From assembly GCA_037445065.1 (NCBI GenBank), contig JBBILD010000012.1:32001-96000 (forward strand): a DNA stretch of 64,000 nt. The letters are read 5' to 3'. Source of the DNA: Myxococcales bacterium (GTDB taxonomy: Bacteria; Desulfobacterota; Binatia; HRBIN30). Positions 1-9,726 of this stretch are shown here, piece after piece (within the stretch, counting starts at the first letter, position 1; each line of letters opens with the position of its first letter). The notes beneath the pieces were generated by a model. The model was not told the origin of the DNA. It saw only the letters and a list, made by a program, of their open reading frames with translations, and searched no databases. The position numbers and the translations under genes are program-made.

Positions 1-20
1 CCATGCTCTGATGCAAAGCA

Positions 21-351
21 CAAATCTTCCGCCTTGGGGCTGCTACGTCCGAGGACGTGGTCGCCCAACCCTTAACGTCGAGGTTCACGGAACCCGGCCC
101 ACTGGGTGGCCGTCCAACCACCGAGCTCCCTGCAGTGGGTGTCCGTGGATCAATGGTGGATCAATGATGATGGGTGTCCATGGACCAATGCACTGCAGTG
201 CTGCGCAGCGGCCATCGTCCAGTGGATGTCCGTCGACTCCTGTGGTGTGCAGCGGCCATCATCCAGTGGGTGTCCACGGACTTCTGTCCACGGACTTCTG
301 GACTATCCGTGGACCACTGGCGCACACGGACCGGCTTGCAAGTGGGTGTCC
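21..351 (+). repeat. Cluster 1 of (A)GTGG(G/A)TGTCC motif repeats; includes copy A (about 21-155) of a ~135 bp dispersed direct repeat
   Basis: Motif at 134-144, 171-179, 221-231, 265-275 and 341-351; tandem TGTCCACGGACTTC at 271-298; 21-155 aligns with 3054-3189. Confidence 0.85.
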
Positions 352-475
352 GTCGAAGAACGTGCATCGAAGGCCAATGGACGAACTCTGGGGCACCCGG
401 CCTGGCCGGTCCCAACGCCCGTTTCGGGGAAACCGGGACAATGTCCGGGAGATCAGGCCGAGAGGCAACGGGCTC

Positions 476-1264
476 TTACAGCGTTGGTGGGGGAAAGGGC
501 CAGTTCGAGGTTTCGGTACCGCCGTCGATTTCGAAAACCTTCCCTGTCACCCAGCTCGATGCGGGCGAAACTAAATAGAGTGCCGCAAGCGCAATATCCT
601 CTACGGCGCCCAAACGGCGCATTGGAGTCAGTGCCTCCATTTTCGCCCGCAGGTCATCGTTCAAAAACGGAGTCAAGGCGGACGTTTCCGTGGCGCCGAC
701 CGCGATCGCGTTCACCCGAACTTTCGGAGCAAACTCGTGACCGAGCACCCTCGTCATGTGCGAAAGCGCAGCCTTGGCCGTGCTGTAAGCTACGAATCCC
801 GCCAGCGGAAACCGCCCTGCCGCGGACGAGATGTTGAGCACCACTCCACCACCGGCAGTTCGAAGCATATGGGGAACTGCCAACCGAGTGAGCAGGAACG
901 CCGAAGTCACGTTGAAGTGAAAGGCCTCCTCCAACATCCGTTCGCTCGTGTAAAGAGCCTCGCAGGGCGGGGTTCCGCCAGCATTGTTCACCACAATGTC
1001 GATGCGGCCAAAGTGCCGCAACGTTTCTTCGACCACGCGTTCGAGATCTTCCCTCCGATTGACGTCGCAAGGAACTGCCAGCGCGCGCCCTCCCAACTTC
1101 TGCACCCGAGCTGCGGTGTCCTCGATCTGTTCCCTCGTACGTGCCGCGCAGACGACATTTCCACCCACCTCCGCGAATGCCAGCGCACACCCTTGGCCGA
1201 TTCCTCGGCCTGCGCCCGTAACGATCGCAACTTTTCCGTCCAAACGAAAACGATCTAGGATCAC
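476..1264 (-). CDS. Short-chain dehydrogenase/reductase (classical SDR, hydroxysteroid dehydrogenase-like)
   Basis: TGAGRGIG, NNAG, NISS and YSTAK motifs; GTG at 1264 follows GGAGG (ORF track starts at 1279). Confidence 0.92.
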   Translation of the reverse strand: MILDRFRLDGKVAIVTGAGRGIGQGCALAFAEVGGNVVCAARTREQIEDTAARVQKLGGRALAVPCDVNRREDLERVVEETLRHFGRIDIVVNNAGGTPPCEALYTSERMLEEAFHFNVTSAFLLTRLAVPHMLRTAGGGVVLNISSAAGRFPLAGFVAYSTAKAALSHMTRVLGHEFAPKVRVNAIAVGATETSALTPFLNDDLRAKMEALTPMRRLGAVEDIALAALYLVSPASSWVTGKVFEIDGGTETSNWPFPPPTL

Positions 1265-1285
1265 TTCTCCTCCCTGCACGCCCCA

Positions 1286-2359
1286 TCAGGCCGGAAGCCG
1301 GTAAAACCGCTCCGCATTGAGCGCCAAGATCTTTTCCTTCACCGCCGGGCCTAGATCGGTTCGCTCGCGCAACGGCCGGGTGGATTCCGGCCACTCACTG
1401 TCCCAATGCGGGTAGTCGCTGGCGAACATGATGAAGTCCGAACCCAGGCTGTCGACCGCAAGCGGGATCCCGCACTCGCCCGCCTCGCAGCTAACGTAAA
1501 GCTGCCCGCGCGCAATGTACTCCTTAGGCTCATGTTTGCACTCCGGTGTTAGCCGTCCGCGCTTCTCCAAATGTTCCTCGATCCGCTCCATCAAGTAGGG
1601 CACCCAACCCACGCCCGACTCGAGCAGAGCGACGCGCAATCGCGGATGGCGTTCGAAGACGCCTCCGAGGATCAGCGCTGTCGACGCCACCATCATGTCA
1701 AAAGGAAAGCTGATGACATGGACCTTGAGGTAGTTGTCGAATCGCTCCGTCCCCAGCTTCGGCAAGTGGATTCCGGGAGCGCCATGGATTCCAAGCGGCA
1801 TGTCCATTTCTTCGGCTGCGTCGTAAAACGGATCGAGATCCGGATGGTCCAGATTTCTCTCGCGTAGCACGGCCGGAATCATGGTCACGACAAGTCCCAG
1901 GTCTTTCGCTTCGCGCATGACCGCGATGGCGGACGCCACATCCTCGATGGGAACCAAGGCGGCTCCAAAAAACCTTCCCCGACCCTGCTTACAGTACTCC
2001 GCAAGCCAACGATTGTATGCCCGCGCGAACTCGGCCGCAAAACTCTGATCTACAAAGCCGGGAAGACCCAGGGCAGCACTGGGAAAAAAGACGAGGCGAT
2101 CTATGCCGTCCCTATCCGCGTCCGCCAAAACCCCGTCAGCGGTAAAAGGATTGGCACCGCGTTCCAGGCACATCCCTTCCTCGGCTCTACAGCCCGCACC
2201 CGGGCCGCGCGACTGTGGATACGGCCGACCTTCAATGTACAAGGCCGTGTCTCCATCCCCTGGGTCACTGAAACGGATCTTGTCAGGGAACCGCTCGAGT
2301 AACTCTGCCATCAACTCCCTGCCCTCGATCACATGGGCGTCAGCATCGACCACCTTCAT
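1286..2359 (-). CDS. Amidohydrolase family protein (Amidohydro_2)
   Basis: N-terminal DADAH, DPFYDAAEEMDMPLGIH, C-terminal FASDYPHWD and NAERFY. Confidence 0.92.
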   Translation of the reverse strand: MKVVDADAHVIEGRELMAELLERFPDKIRFSDPGDGDTALYIEGRPYPQSRGPGAGCRAEEGMCLERGANPFTADGVLADADRDGIDRLVFFPSAALGLPGFVDQSFAAEFARAYNRWLAEYCKQGRGRFFGAALVPIEDVASAIAVMREAKDLGLVVTMIPAVLRERNLDHPDLDPFYDAAEEMDMPLGIHGAPGIHLPKLGTERFDNYLKVHVISFPFDMMVASTALILGGVFERHPRLRVALLESGVGWVPYLMERIEEHLEKRGRLTPECKHEPKEYIARGQLYVSCEAGECGIPLAVDSLGSDFIMFASDYPHWDSEWPESTRPLRERTDLGPAVKEKILALNAERFYRLPA

Positions 2360-2490
2360 GCTTGCTTCTCCTCAATCCGTGAACGCTTGTTCACCCAGGA
2401 TTGTCGGAAAACTCCGGGCAGGTCAAGCACGCTGGAACCTCCCCGTGGCCGACGTGCGTGCAAGACTTTGGCCTGCAGACTACTCATGTT

Positions 2491-2511
2491 GTAGGGAGCC
2501 CTGCTCCCTAC
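2491..2511. repeat. Perfect GTAG...CTAC hairpin (REP-like)
   Basis: GTAGGGAGC-CCT-GCTCCCTAC, 9-bp arms. Confidence 0.5.
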
Positions 2512-2911
2512 CGAGGCTGCCAAACTCCCAAACGCTCCCCCGACTCAAGTCCGCTCCTCCCCCAAGTGAGGCACCGCGCCGCTCGCAATCGCTCCAGCGG
2601 TACTCGCGGCGGAGCCGTCCTCGCTCCATCTCTTGCTCCACGACTGGACCGTCGCCCGCTCGGGCGTGCCGAGGACACCGCGCACGGAAAGCGTCGGCTC
2701 GCGTTGCGACCAAAGCCGCGAAATCACACGCGAGGTCTCTATCGCCCTTGCTGGCCTCCCGTCCGCGCAAGGGTCCGCATTAGCCCGGTAACGGAGCGCT
2801 CGTAGGCTCTCTTCTAGGGCTGCTTGAGCCGCAGAAGGCTTCCGGCCCGGCGAGCCAGCCTGTCCCTAGGAGACAACGCTAGCCTCCGGAACGGGCGACA
2901 AACCACCTCAC

Positions 2912-3212
2912 TGGTGTCCATCAGCATCTCCCAACCAACCCGTGATTACTTACCGCTCCATGTTGGCGTCCAACCGAGAGCCCAGGGGTGAGTAAAGTGG
3001 ATGTCCACGCTCAGAGGTGGGCGTCGGAAAAGTGGGTGTCCAAGGAAGAGACTCAAATCTTGCGCCTCGGGGCTCCTACGCCCGAGGAGGTGGTCGCCCA
3101 ACCCTTAACGTCGGGGTCCACTGAACTCGGCCCACTGGGTGGCCGTCAAACCAACAAGCTCCCTGCAGTGGGTGTCCATGGACCAATGCCGTCCAACGGG
3201 CGTCCGTGGACT
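2912..3212 (+). repeat. Cluster 2 of GTGG(G/A)TGTCC motif repeats; includes copy B (3054-3189) of the dispersed direct repeat
   Basis: Motif at 2996-3006, 3031-3041 and 3167-3177; degenerate copies near 2912 and 3198. Confidence 0.85.
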
Positions 3213-3340
3213 TCTCGTCGACAAATTTGGGACCAGCAGCGTAATTTTTTGTCAACAGAAAATTGCGTCCTCCCGGCCGTGGGAGCGCATCAGTCGCGGG
3301 CCTCCCGAGCTGAAAGGACGAAGCGAAAGGAGGTCCGAGG

Positions 3341-5268
3341 ATCGTCAAACGGGGTTCATGGTTTGGGATTCCTTTGTTTCTTCTTTCCGCCGCCTGGGCG
3401 GGGCTGGCCCTGCTGTGGCCGGTGGCGCCATTGGCAGCCGCCCAATCCCAGGTGGGTTTGGCCCAGGCCAAGGTGGCGCTTTCCAGCATGGATCGCGGCT
3501 GGGTGCCCAACGCGGGCCAGTGGGACGAGTAGGCCGCCTTTGCCGCACCGGGTTATTTCGGCACCACGTGGGTCACTAAAGAGGGCGAGCTGCGGCACGT
3601 GTTGGTCCAGAAAGAAGACCGTGAAAAGGCCGAGGACCGCGGGGCCGTGAGAGGCCGCTTCAGCAAGCCCTGCCCCAGCCAGCGCTGGGTGGTTTCGGAG
3701 CGCTTTGCGGGGGGCAAGGTGCAGGCCATCCGTCGGCAGGAGGAGCTTCCCACGCGGGTGAGTTACCTACTTGGCAACGACCCGGCCAAGCACCGTTCCA
3801 ACCTGCCCACCTACCCGCGCGTGTGGTTGGGGGAGGTGTGGCCAGGGGTGGAGGTGGTGCTGGCAGCTCAGCAGAAGACGGTCGAAAAGCTGTTGATCCC
3901 GAAGCCGGGGACGGAAGCAAGCCAGGTCCAGGTGGCCCTTTCTGGGGCTGAGGGTCTGGAGTTGGCAGACCGTGGCGCGCTGAAGGTGCGCACGGGTTTG
4001 GCGGAGGTGGAGCTTTCCCCACCGGTGGCCTGGCAAGAAATCGGCGGCAAACGGGAGCCGATGGTGGTGGGTTACCAGCTTTTGGGGCCCAACCGCTACG
4101 GCTTTGTTCTGGGCGAGCACCGCAAGGACCTGCCGGTGGTCATTGACCCGATCCTGCAGAGCACGTACTTGCGAGAATCAGACGAGGACGACGCCAACTC
4201 GCTTGCCCTATCCTCCACCGGCGAGGTGTACGTGGCGGGGCGGACCGACTCGACCGGCTTCCCCGTCACCGCCGGCGGGGCGGACGACACCTTAGATGGG
4301 TTCTCCGACGCCTTCGTGGCGTGGCTGGACCCCGGGCTCACGAGCATCAACCGAGCCACTTACTTGGGGGCTCGGGCGGCCACGTTGCCACTAGCCTCGC
4401 CCCTTCCTCAACCGGGGAGGTGTACGTGGCGGGAGTTACCGGCTCGACCGACTTCCCCGGTACCAGCGGCGGGGCGCAGGGCACGTACGGGGGTGGCTTG
4501 ACGGACGCCTTTGTCTCGCGGCTGTCGGGCGGGTTGGCGGCGACGCTGGTGGCGGATATGTCGGCGAATGCCCCCAGCGTGCCACCCTCGTTGAGCCCCG
4601 CGGGCGTGTATTCCGGGTTGAGCTTCTCCTGCACCAACGCGGGCCCCGACCCCACCATCAACGCCAACCGCAGCATTGTGGTTTCCGCTGGCACCGTGAG
4701 CGGCGTCAGCTGCACGCCTGGGGTGCCGGTAGCCAGCCTGCCCTCGAGCAGCAGCATCAACTGCAGTTACACCTTCGCCGCCCCAGGCAGCCCGGGCGGT
4801 GGCAACACTTCCCAGCCCGGCGTGGTCTTCACCGTCACCGCCAGCGCGGACAACGACAGCAACGCCGCCAACAACACCGCCAGCTCCGGTGCCAGACCCA
4901 TTCCCCTGGTGGATGCCCTGAACGACAGTGCCACCTTCCCTGCCAACACCGGCCAAACCTTCAACCTGGCCACCAACGACCAGGTGGGCACGGGCGCCCC
5001 ACCAGCGGGCGCAACCTACAGCCTGCAAAGCACCACCTGCGCTGGGGCTTCGGTGAGCGCTTCGGGTGTCGCCACCTTTACCGTGCCTGCTTCCGGCAGG
5101 TGCACCATCACCTACCAGCTTTGTTACATCTCCGGTTGCGACACGGCCCCCTTGACGGTGGCGGTGGCGGCTGAGCCCGTCCCCACCTTGGACCAGTGGG
5201 GGCTTTTGCTGCTCACCCTTGCTCTGGGAGGGACGGGTGTGCTTTTGCTGCGCCGCCTGTGGGCGTAG
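3341..5268 (+). pseudogene. Disrupted secreted SBBP beta-propeller-repeat surface protein with IPTL-CTERM sorting tail
   Basis: Signal-like N-terminus, WVPNAGQWD, SYLLGNDP, LPVVIDP, GEVYVAGxTxSxxFP repeats, C-terminal VPTLDQWGLLLL..RR. Lesions: no start codon (ATC at 3341 after AAGGAGG), in-frame TAG 3530-3532, frameshift in the G-run at about 4366-4370. Confidence 0.85.
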
Positions 5269-5290
5269 GGCAGGCTCGAGCTGATGACAG

Positions 5291-5322
5291 CCGGGGCGGC
5301 ATCCGCCGCCCCGGTTTTTTTT
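5291..5322 (+). terminator. Rho-independent terminator
   Basis: CCGGGGCGGC-ATCC-GCCGCCCCGG followed by T8, just after the stop at 5268. Confidence 0.9.
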
Positions 5323-5430
5323 GCCCGCCGCGTGACGTCGCCGCCCCACCCACGCCATGGCGAGCGGAGCGTCGCGGAGCGAAGTCCGCAGGACGGCGAG
5401 GCCGCACTGCGGCCGTGGCGGGCTTCACGG

Positions 5431-5459
5431 GTCATTGCGAGCGGAGCGAAGCAATCCCC
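5431..5459 (+). repeat. GTCATTGCGAGCGGAGCGAAGCAATCC REP-like palindromic element
   Basis: ATTGC...GCAAT arms; resembles a dispersed intergenic repeat of GC-rich bacteria (from memory); only one copy here. Confidence 0.45.
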
Positions 5460-5520
5460 AGAGAGAGGGAGAGCGGTGACCCACGGTTAGGTGGAGAGCC
5501 CTGGAGGGACCGGGGATGGG

Positions 5521-5534
5521 AAAAGTGGGTGTCC
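5521..5534 (+). repeat. Isolated AAAAGTGGGTGTCC motif copy
   Basis: Exact match to the motif in clusters 2 and 3. Confidence 0.7.
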
Positions 5535-5610
5535 ACGGGAGGCTCACGGGAGGCTCGGGAGGGAAGGGGTGATGGAGGGGGTGGGGCGGGTGCTATAGCG
5601 GGCAGCCGGT

Positions 5611-8586
5611 ATGCGTCGAACACGCGGATTGGTTTCCCGACTTCGGCTCTTTGGTTGTGACCGTAAGGCGAGTCGGGCGGTTGGGATGCTACAAACCGAC
5701 GACGTGTGTCCGCGAGCGGGCTTTCTGCACCACTGCGCCTGGATCCTTGCAGTCGGCCTGATCTTGGCGTCGCTGGATGCGAAAGCGGCGGACGCAGCGC
5801 GCTGGCAAGCTGAATGCCCGCGGTGCACCGCGGCGAAAAACTACATGGCGCAGGCTGCAGCCCGAGAACACCCAGTGGACACACTCCCGCCTGAGCCGCA
5901 AAGCTGCGCCGCTCCAGGGCCGCGGCACTTGCACTCCGGCACAAAGGAGCAGTGCTCCCAGCCGGCGGCGCCCGCAGTAGCGGGATTGGAGACATCCACC
6001 GACCTCGGTCCGTCCAGTGCTGGTGCCGCTCGTCACGCTCCCGCAGTGCAACGGCCTTGCTCAGAGCTCGGCAACGCCGCTTCGCTCGCACCCGCGCCAG
6101 CGGGTTTCCCTGCGAGACCCGTCAGCGGTCGCCGGCTGTCGCAAGACGGAGATCCTGACGCCCGCAAAACCGCTGATCGCGACGAACGTTCCCACTCTGC
6201 CAGTGCGTCCGAGAGAAACCTCGTACCACCGCTTCTGAGCGCACCCAGAGAGGATGTTTCGGAGAGCCCGCGGCACGCTTTGCCGCAACGGGCCTCCGAG
6301 GCCACCGGCCTGGTCACGGACACCAACCGTGTCCCCGATTCCTCGCATGACGTCGGGCGCTGGTACGCGCTGTTGATCAACGGCGGTGGCACGAAGGAGC
6401 AGAATTACCAATCCCACCTCCTTCATCTGCGGCAGATCACCGACCTCTTACTGGCTGCCGGGGTGCCAGCGTCGCGCATTTACGCGTTCAGCAGCGACGG
6501 CAGCGACCCGGGTCGCGACCTTGCCGTGCGCGGCTTGCCCGCACACCAGGATTTCTGGATCGTCCGCGGCACGCGTGCCGAAGGCTACTTGCGGCCAGCG
6601 CTCCTGTTCGAGAATTCCGAGCTCCCTCCCTTGCGCCTGCGCCCCGCAACCCGGTCTGCCCTCAACCAGTGGTTTGCAACCACCGGCCGCGAGCTGCGCC
6701 TGGGCGACGCGCTGCTCGTGTTCGTGACTGACCATGGCACGAAAAACCCGGATGACCCGGACAACAACTGGATTGTGCTCTGGGGACGGGACGAAAAGCT
6801 CTCTGTGGATGACTTTGCTACCCTTCTCGATCGACTCCGGCCCGGAGTCCGCGTTCTCACCATCATGTCGCAGTGCTTTTCCGGGTCCTTCGCCCGCCTC
6901 GCCTGGTCTGGGGCCAGCCGGAGTTCGCCTCCCTACAAGCAGCCACGCGACCGCTGCGGCTTCTTCTCCACCGTCAAGGAGAGGCCCGCGTACGGCTGCT
7001 ACGCTGAAAACCTCGGCCGCAAAAACATCGGCCACGCTTTCCATTACTTACAGGCATGGGCAGAAACCGGCAGTACCATCCGCGCGCACGAAGAAACACT
7101 GGTGCGTGATGCGACGCCCGACGTTCCTTTACGCAGCTCGGATGAGTATTTGCGAACGCTGCTCCTCCAAGCTGCCGGGCAAAACGGCGAGGAGCTGTCC
7201 GCGCTCGTGGACCGCCTGCTCGCCCGCGCCTGGGAAGATGCGACGCGCTGGGAGCCGGAGGTCCGCCTGCTCGATCGGGTCGCAAGCGCGTACGGACTCT
7301 TCACTCCCCGTAGCTTGGCAGAGCTTGAGGAGCGTACCCGCCTCCTGCCCGATATCGCCGAGCAGTTGCGGAACGTGAGTTCCGCATGGCGCGGCGCTTG
7401 GCAGGATGCGAGCGAAGCCAATTGGGGCCGCTTCACCGAGGCGCACCCTGAATGGCAAAAGCGGCTTGCCGCCTTCGACCAGGGACGACTAACCGACCAC
7501 GAGCGCAGGCTGCTCGCCGAAGAACTGATTCCCGACCTGCTCTCCTTCACCCGAGCCTCGGACCAAACGTATCGCACGCTTCGCCTGCTTCGCCGCAAGG
7601 CCAGAGCCGCGGCTGCAGCTAGTTACCGCCTCGAGGTGCGCCAGGGCGCCCTGCTTCGCTTGGAGCGGCAACTCACTCGGATTGCCGGACTCCTTTGGCT
7701 CGAACGACACGCGTCTCACAAGGAGCGTGAGACGTTCGCTTCTCTCGCACGTTGCGAGGAATGGTTGATCCCCGACCGCGAACTGCCCCACCCGCGGTTG
7801 CTTCTTGCCCGCCCGTTTCCCCCGTTCGACCACGACGTTACCCGCGCGCAGCGGGCGTTGCCGGCCTGGATGGGCATCCAATTCCGCGAGCCGCGCGAGA
7901 AGCTTCGTACCGAATTTGCCCTTTCGCGCGGCGCCGCCGCGGTAACCACTGTTTACCCGGATTCCCCGGCTGCGCGGGCTGGTATCCAACAGGGAGACAT
8001 CCTGCTCGGCCCACCGGAGGCGCCCTTTCGCGACAAGGGCGAGGTGCGGCGCTGGATCATGCTGTCCCGCATCGGCGCGCCCAAGCAACTCCAGCTCTTG
8101 CGGGATGGGAAACAACACACGGTGACTCTCACTCCCGCACCGTATCCTTTCAAATGGCCCGAACTTCCTGGCCCGCCTGCAGTGGGTAGCGTCGCCCCTG
8201 CACTTCCTCCGCTCTCGGCATACCGTGGCGAGCTGCCGGCCATTGCCCAAGGCTCTCCCGTGCTTCTCTTTTTCTGGGCAAGTTGGTGCGCCGCTTGTAA
8301 GGCCGCTCTGCCCGAGCTGCTCGCCTTCGAGCGAGAACGCGCCGTGCCGGTGCTGGCGATTACCGACGAGCCGTCGGAGCGGCTCGAAGCATTTTTCCGG
8401 CAACCAGACCTACGCTTCCCCGACCGGGTTGCCATTGACGAGTACCGCAAAGCCTTTGTGGCTTACGGTGTCAGTGGAACCCCGACCTTCGTACTCCTGG
8501 ACGGTGCGGGTCGCGTGCAAGCATCTCATACGGGCTACGACCGCGGCAAGGGCCTACCATTCGAGGGGTGGAAATGGGCGCCGTAA
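5611..8586 (+). CDS. Multidomain protein: peptidase C13/caspase-fold domain + PDZ + TlpA-like thioredoxin domain
   Basis: YALLINGG, LVFVTDHG (His), IMSQCFSGSF (Cys); WMGIQF..VYPDSPAARAGIQQGDIL (PDZ); FWASWCAAC..GTPTFVLLD (TlpA). True start may be the ATG near 5686, which precedes a signal-like stretch. Confidence 0.8.
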   Translation: MRRTRGLVSRLRLFGCDRKASRAVGMLQTDDVCPRAGFLHHCAWILAVGLILASLDAKAADAARWQAECPRCTAAKNYMAQAAAREHPVDTLPPEPQSCAAPGPRHLHSGTKEQCSQPAAPAVAGLETSTDLGPSSAGAARHAPAVQRPCSELGNAASLAPAPAGFPARPVSGRRLSQDGDPDARKTADRDERSHSASASERNLVPPLLSAPREDVSESPRHALPQRASEATGLVTDTNRVPDSSHDVGRWYALLINGGGTKEQNYQSHLLHLRQITDLLLAAGVPASRIYAFSSDGSDPGRDLAVRGLPAHQDFWIVRGTRAEGYLRPALLFENSELPPLRLRPATRSALNQWFATTGRELRLGDALLVFVTDHGTKNPDDPDNNWIVLWGRDEKLSVDDFATLLDRLRPGVRVLTIMSQCFSGSFARLAWSGASRSSPPYKQPRDRCGFFSTVKERPAYGCYAENLGRKNIGHAFHYLQAWAETGSTIRAHEETLVRDATPDVPLRSSDEYLRTLLLQAAGQNGEELSALVDRLLARAWEDATRWEPEVRLLDRVASAYGLFTPRSLAELEERTRLLPDIAEQLRNVSSAWRGAWQDASEANWGRFTEAHPEWQKRLAAFDQGRLTDHERRLLAEELIPDLLSFTRASDQTYRTLRLLRRKARAAAAASYRLEVRQGALLRLERQLTRIAGLLWLERHASHKERETFASLARCEEWLIPDRELPHPRLLLARPFPPFDHDVTRAQRALPAWMGIQFREPREKLRTEFALSRGAAAVTTVYPDSPAARAGIQQGDILLGPPEAPFRDKGEVRRWIMLSRIGAPKQLQLLRDGKQHTVTLTPAPYPFKWPELPGPPAVGSVAPALPPLSAYRGELPAIAQGSPVLLFFWASWCAACKAALPELLAFERERAVPVLAITDEPSERLEAFFRQPDLRFPDRVAIDEYRKAFVAYGVSGTPTFVLLDGAGRVQASHTGYDRGKGLPFEGWKWAP

Positions 8587-9551
8587 ACCCGCGCCCGGCC
8601 CCTGCGCCCGTGTCCCGGGCGACAGCCCGGGCGGCGTACCGCGACGAGCAGCTCGGCATTGCCCTTGCCTTGGCCTGTGCCGTCAACGCCGCCTTCGTCC
8701 CGGCCGTAGCCAAGGTGACCACCGCCTACACGGACGCCGCTACGGTGGCGTTTTTGACCACCGTGATCGGGGCCGCCGTCGCTGTTGTTGTGCTTGCCGT
8801 ACGTGGGATGTTATCGGCACTGTGGGCACCGCACCAGCGCGTGTCCCTCTGCCTGCTCGGCATTCTCGGCACTGGCGTCTCTTTCTACCTCTTCTTTTCG
8901 GGAGCAGAGAAGGCAAGCGCCGTGGAGACGGTTCTCTGCCTGCAAATCGAACCCGTGTACTCGCTCCTCCTCGCGTGGTGGTTCCTAGGCCAGCGCCCCA
9001 CCCGGCAGCGCGCTGGGAGTACAGTGGTGATCCTGCTCGGCCTCGGGCTCGCACTCGGGGTCCGCGACTTCCCTTCTTCAGCAGGAGTGGCGTACTTGCT
9101 CGCCACACCCCTGTGCTGGCAACTCTCTCATCTCATCGTTCTGCGCAAACTTGCCGGCGCTCCGCTCGAGGCCCTCACCGCCGCTCGGTACCTTTGGGGC
9201 GCTTTGGTTTTGGGGCTCCTCTGGCTCGCCACGCCAGCTCGCGGCGGCTCCGTGGTCGAGCTTCCGCCGAGCGCGTGGATTTGGCTCGCGATCCAGGGGG
9301 CCGTACTCAGCTACGGCGGAACCACCCTGTGGTACGGAGCGGTGCGGCGCATTGACCTGGCACGAGCTACCGTGCTGGTGGTGCCAACCGTACCGGTGCT
9401 GGCACTGATCGTGAGCTTTCTGCTTCTCGGCGAGGTGCCCAGCTTCCGCGAACTTGTCGGCGTCTCGCTGACCATTGTCGGGGTCACCACCTTCGCTGCC
9501 CGCCCAGCCCAGCACAGGTGGCCGCGGAAACCCGACGACGTCGGAGCCTGA
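8574..9551 (+). CDS. DMT/EamA family transporter
   Basis: About 10 hydrophobic segments in two repeats; PVYSLLLAWWFLGQR and LIVSFLLLGE. Confidence 0.9.
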   Translation: MGAVNPRPAPAPVSRATARAAYRDEQLGIALALACAVNAAFVPAVAKVTTAYTDAATVAFLTTVIGAAVAVVVLAVRGMLSALWAPHQRVSLCLLGILGTGVSFYLFFSGAEKASAVETVLCLQIEPVYSLLLAWWFLGQRPTRQRAGSTVVILLGLGLALGVRDFPSSAGVAYLLATPLCWQLSHLIVLRKLAGAPLEALTAARYLWGALVLGLLWLATPARGGSVVELPPSAWIWLAIQGAVLSYGGTTLWYGAVRRIDLARATVLVVPTVPVLALIVSFLLLGEVPSFRELVGVSLTIVGVTTFAARPAQHRWPRKPDDVGA

Positions 9552-9726
9552 GCGCGCTTCCATCGTGGGCCCTCGGGTGGGCTTCGCGTGTCGCCTGTCA
9601 GCGACACACTCCGGCAGATCCAGCTGGAGCCGCGCCCCCACTGCCTCGAGCTTCGACCGGGCTGGTTCCGACCCGACCCAGTCGCGCCCGGCTGGTCACG
9701 GCCGCGGCAACTGACCGAGAGGGCAA

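Noticed and set aside
134..351. CRISPR array interpretation of the GTGGGTGTCC repeats (also 9727-10031)
   Set aside because: The conserved core is only about 10 bp, spacing is irregular, intervening segments are partly related to each other, and there are no cas genes.
11..837. ORFs 11..574, 106..837 and 174..578 with WVS/GCP repeats
   Set aside because: They are translations of the DNA repeat cluster or antisense to the SDR, with no protein-family signal.
3530..3532. Pyrrolysine/readthrough TAG in the SBBP gene
   Set aside because: The gene also has a lost start and a frameshift, so a simple pseudogene is more parsimonious.
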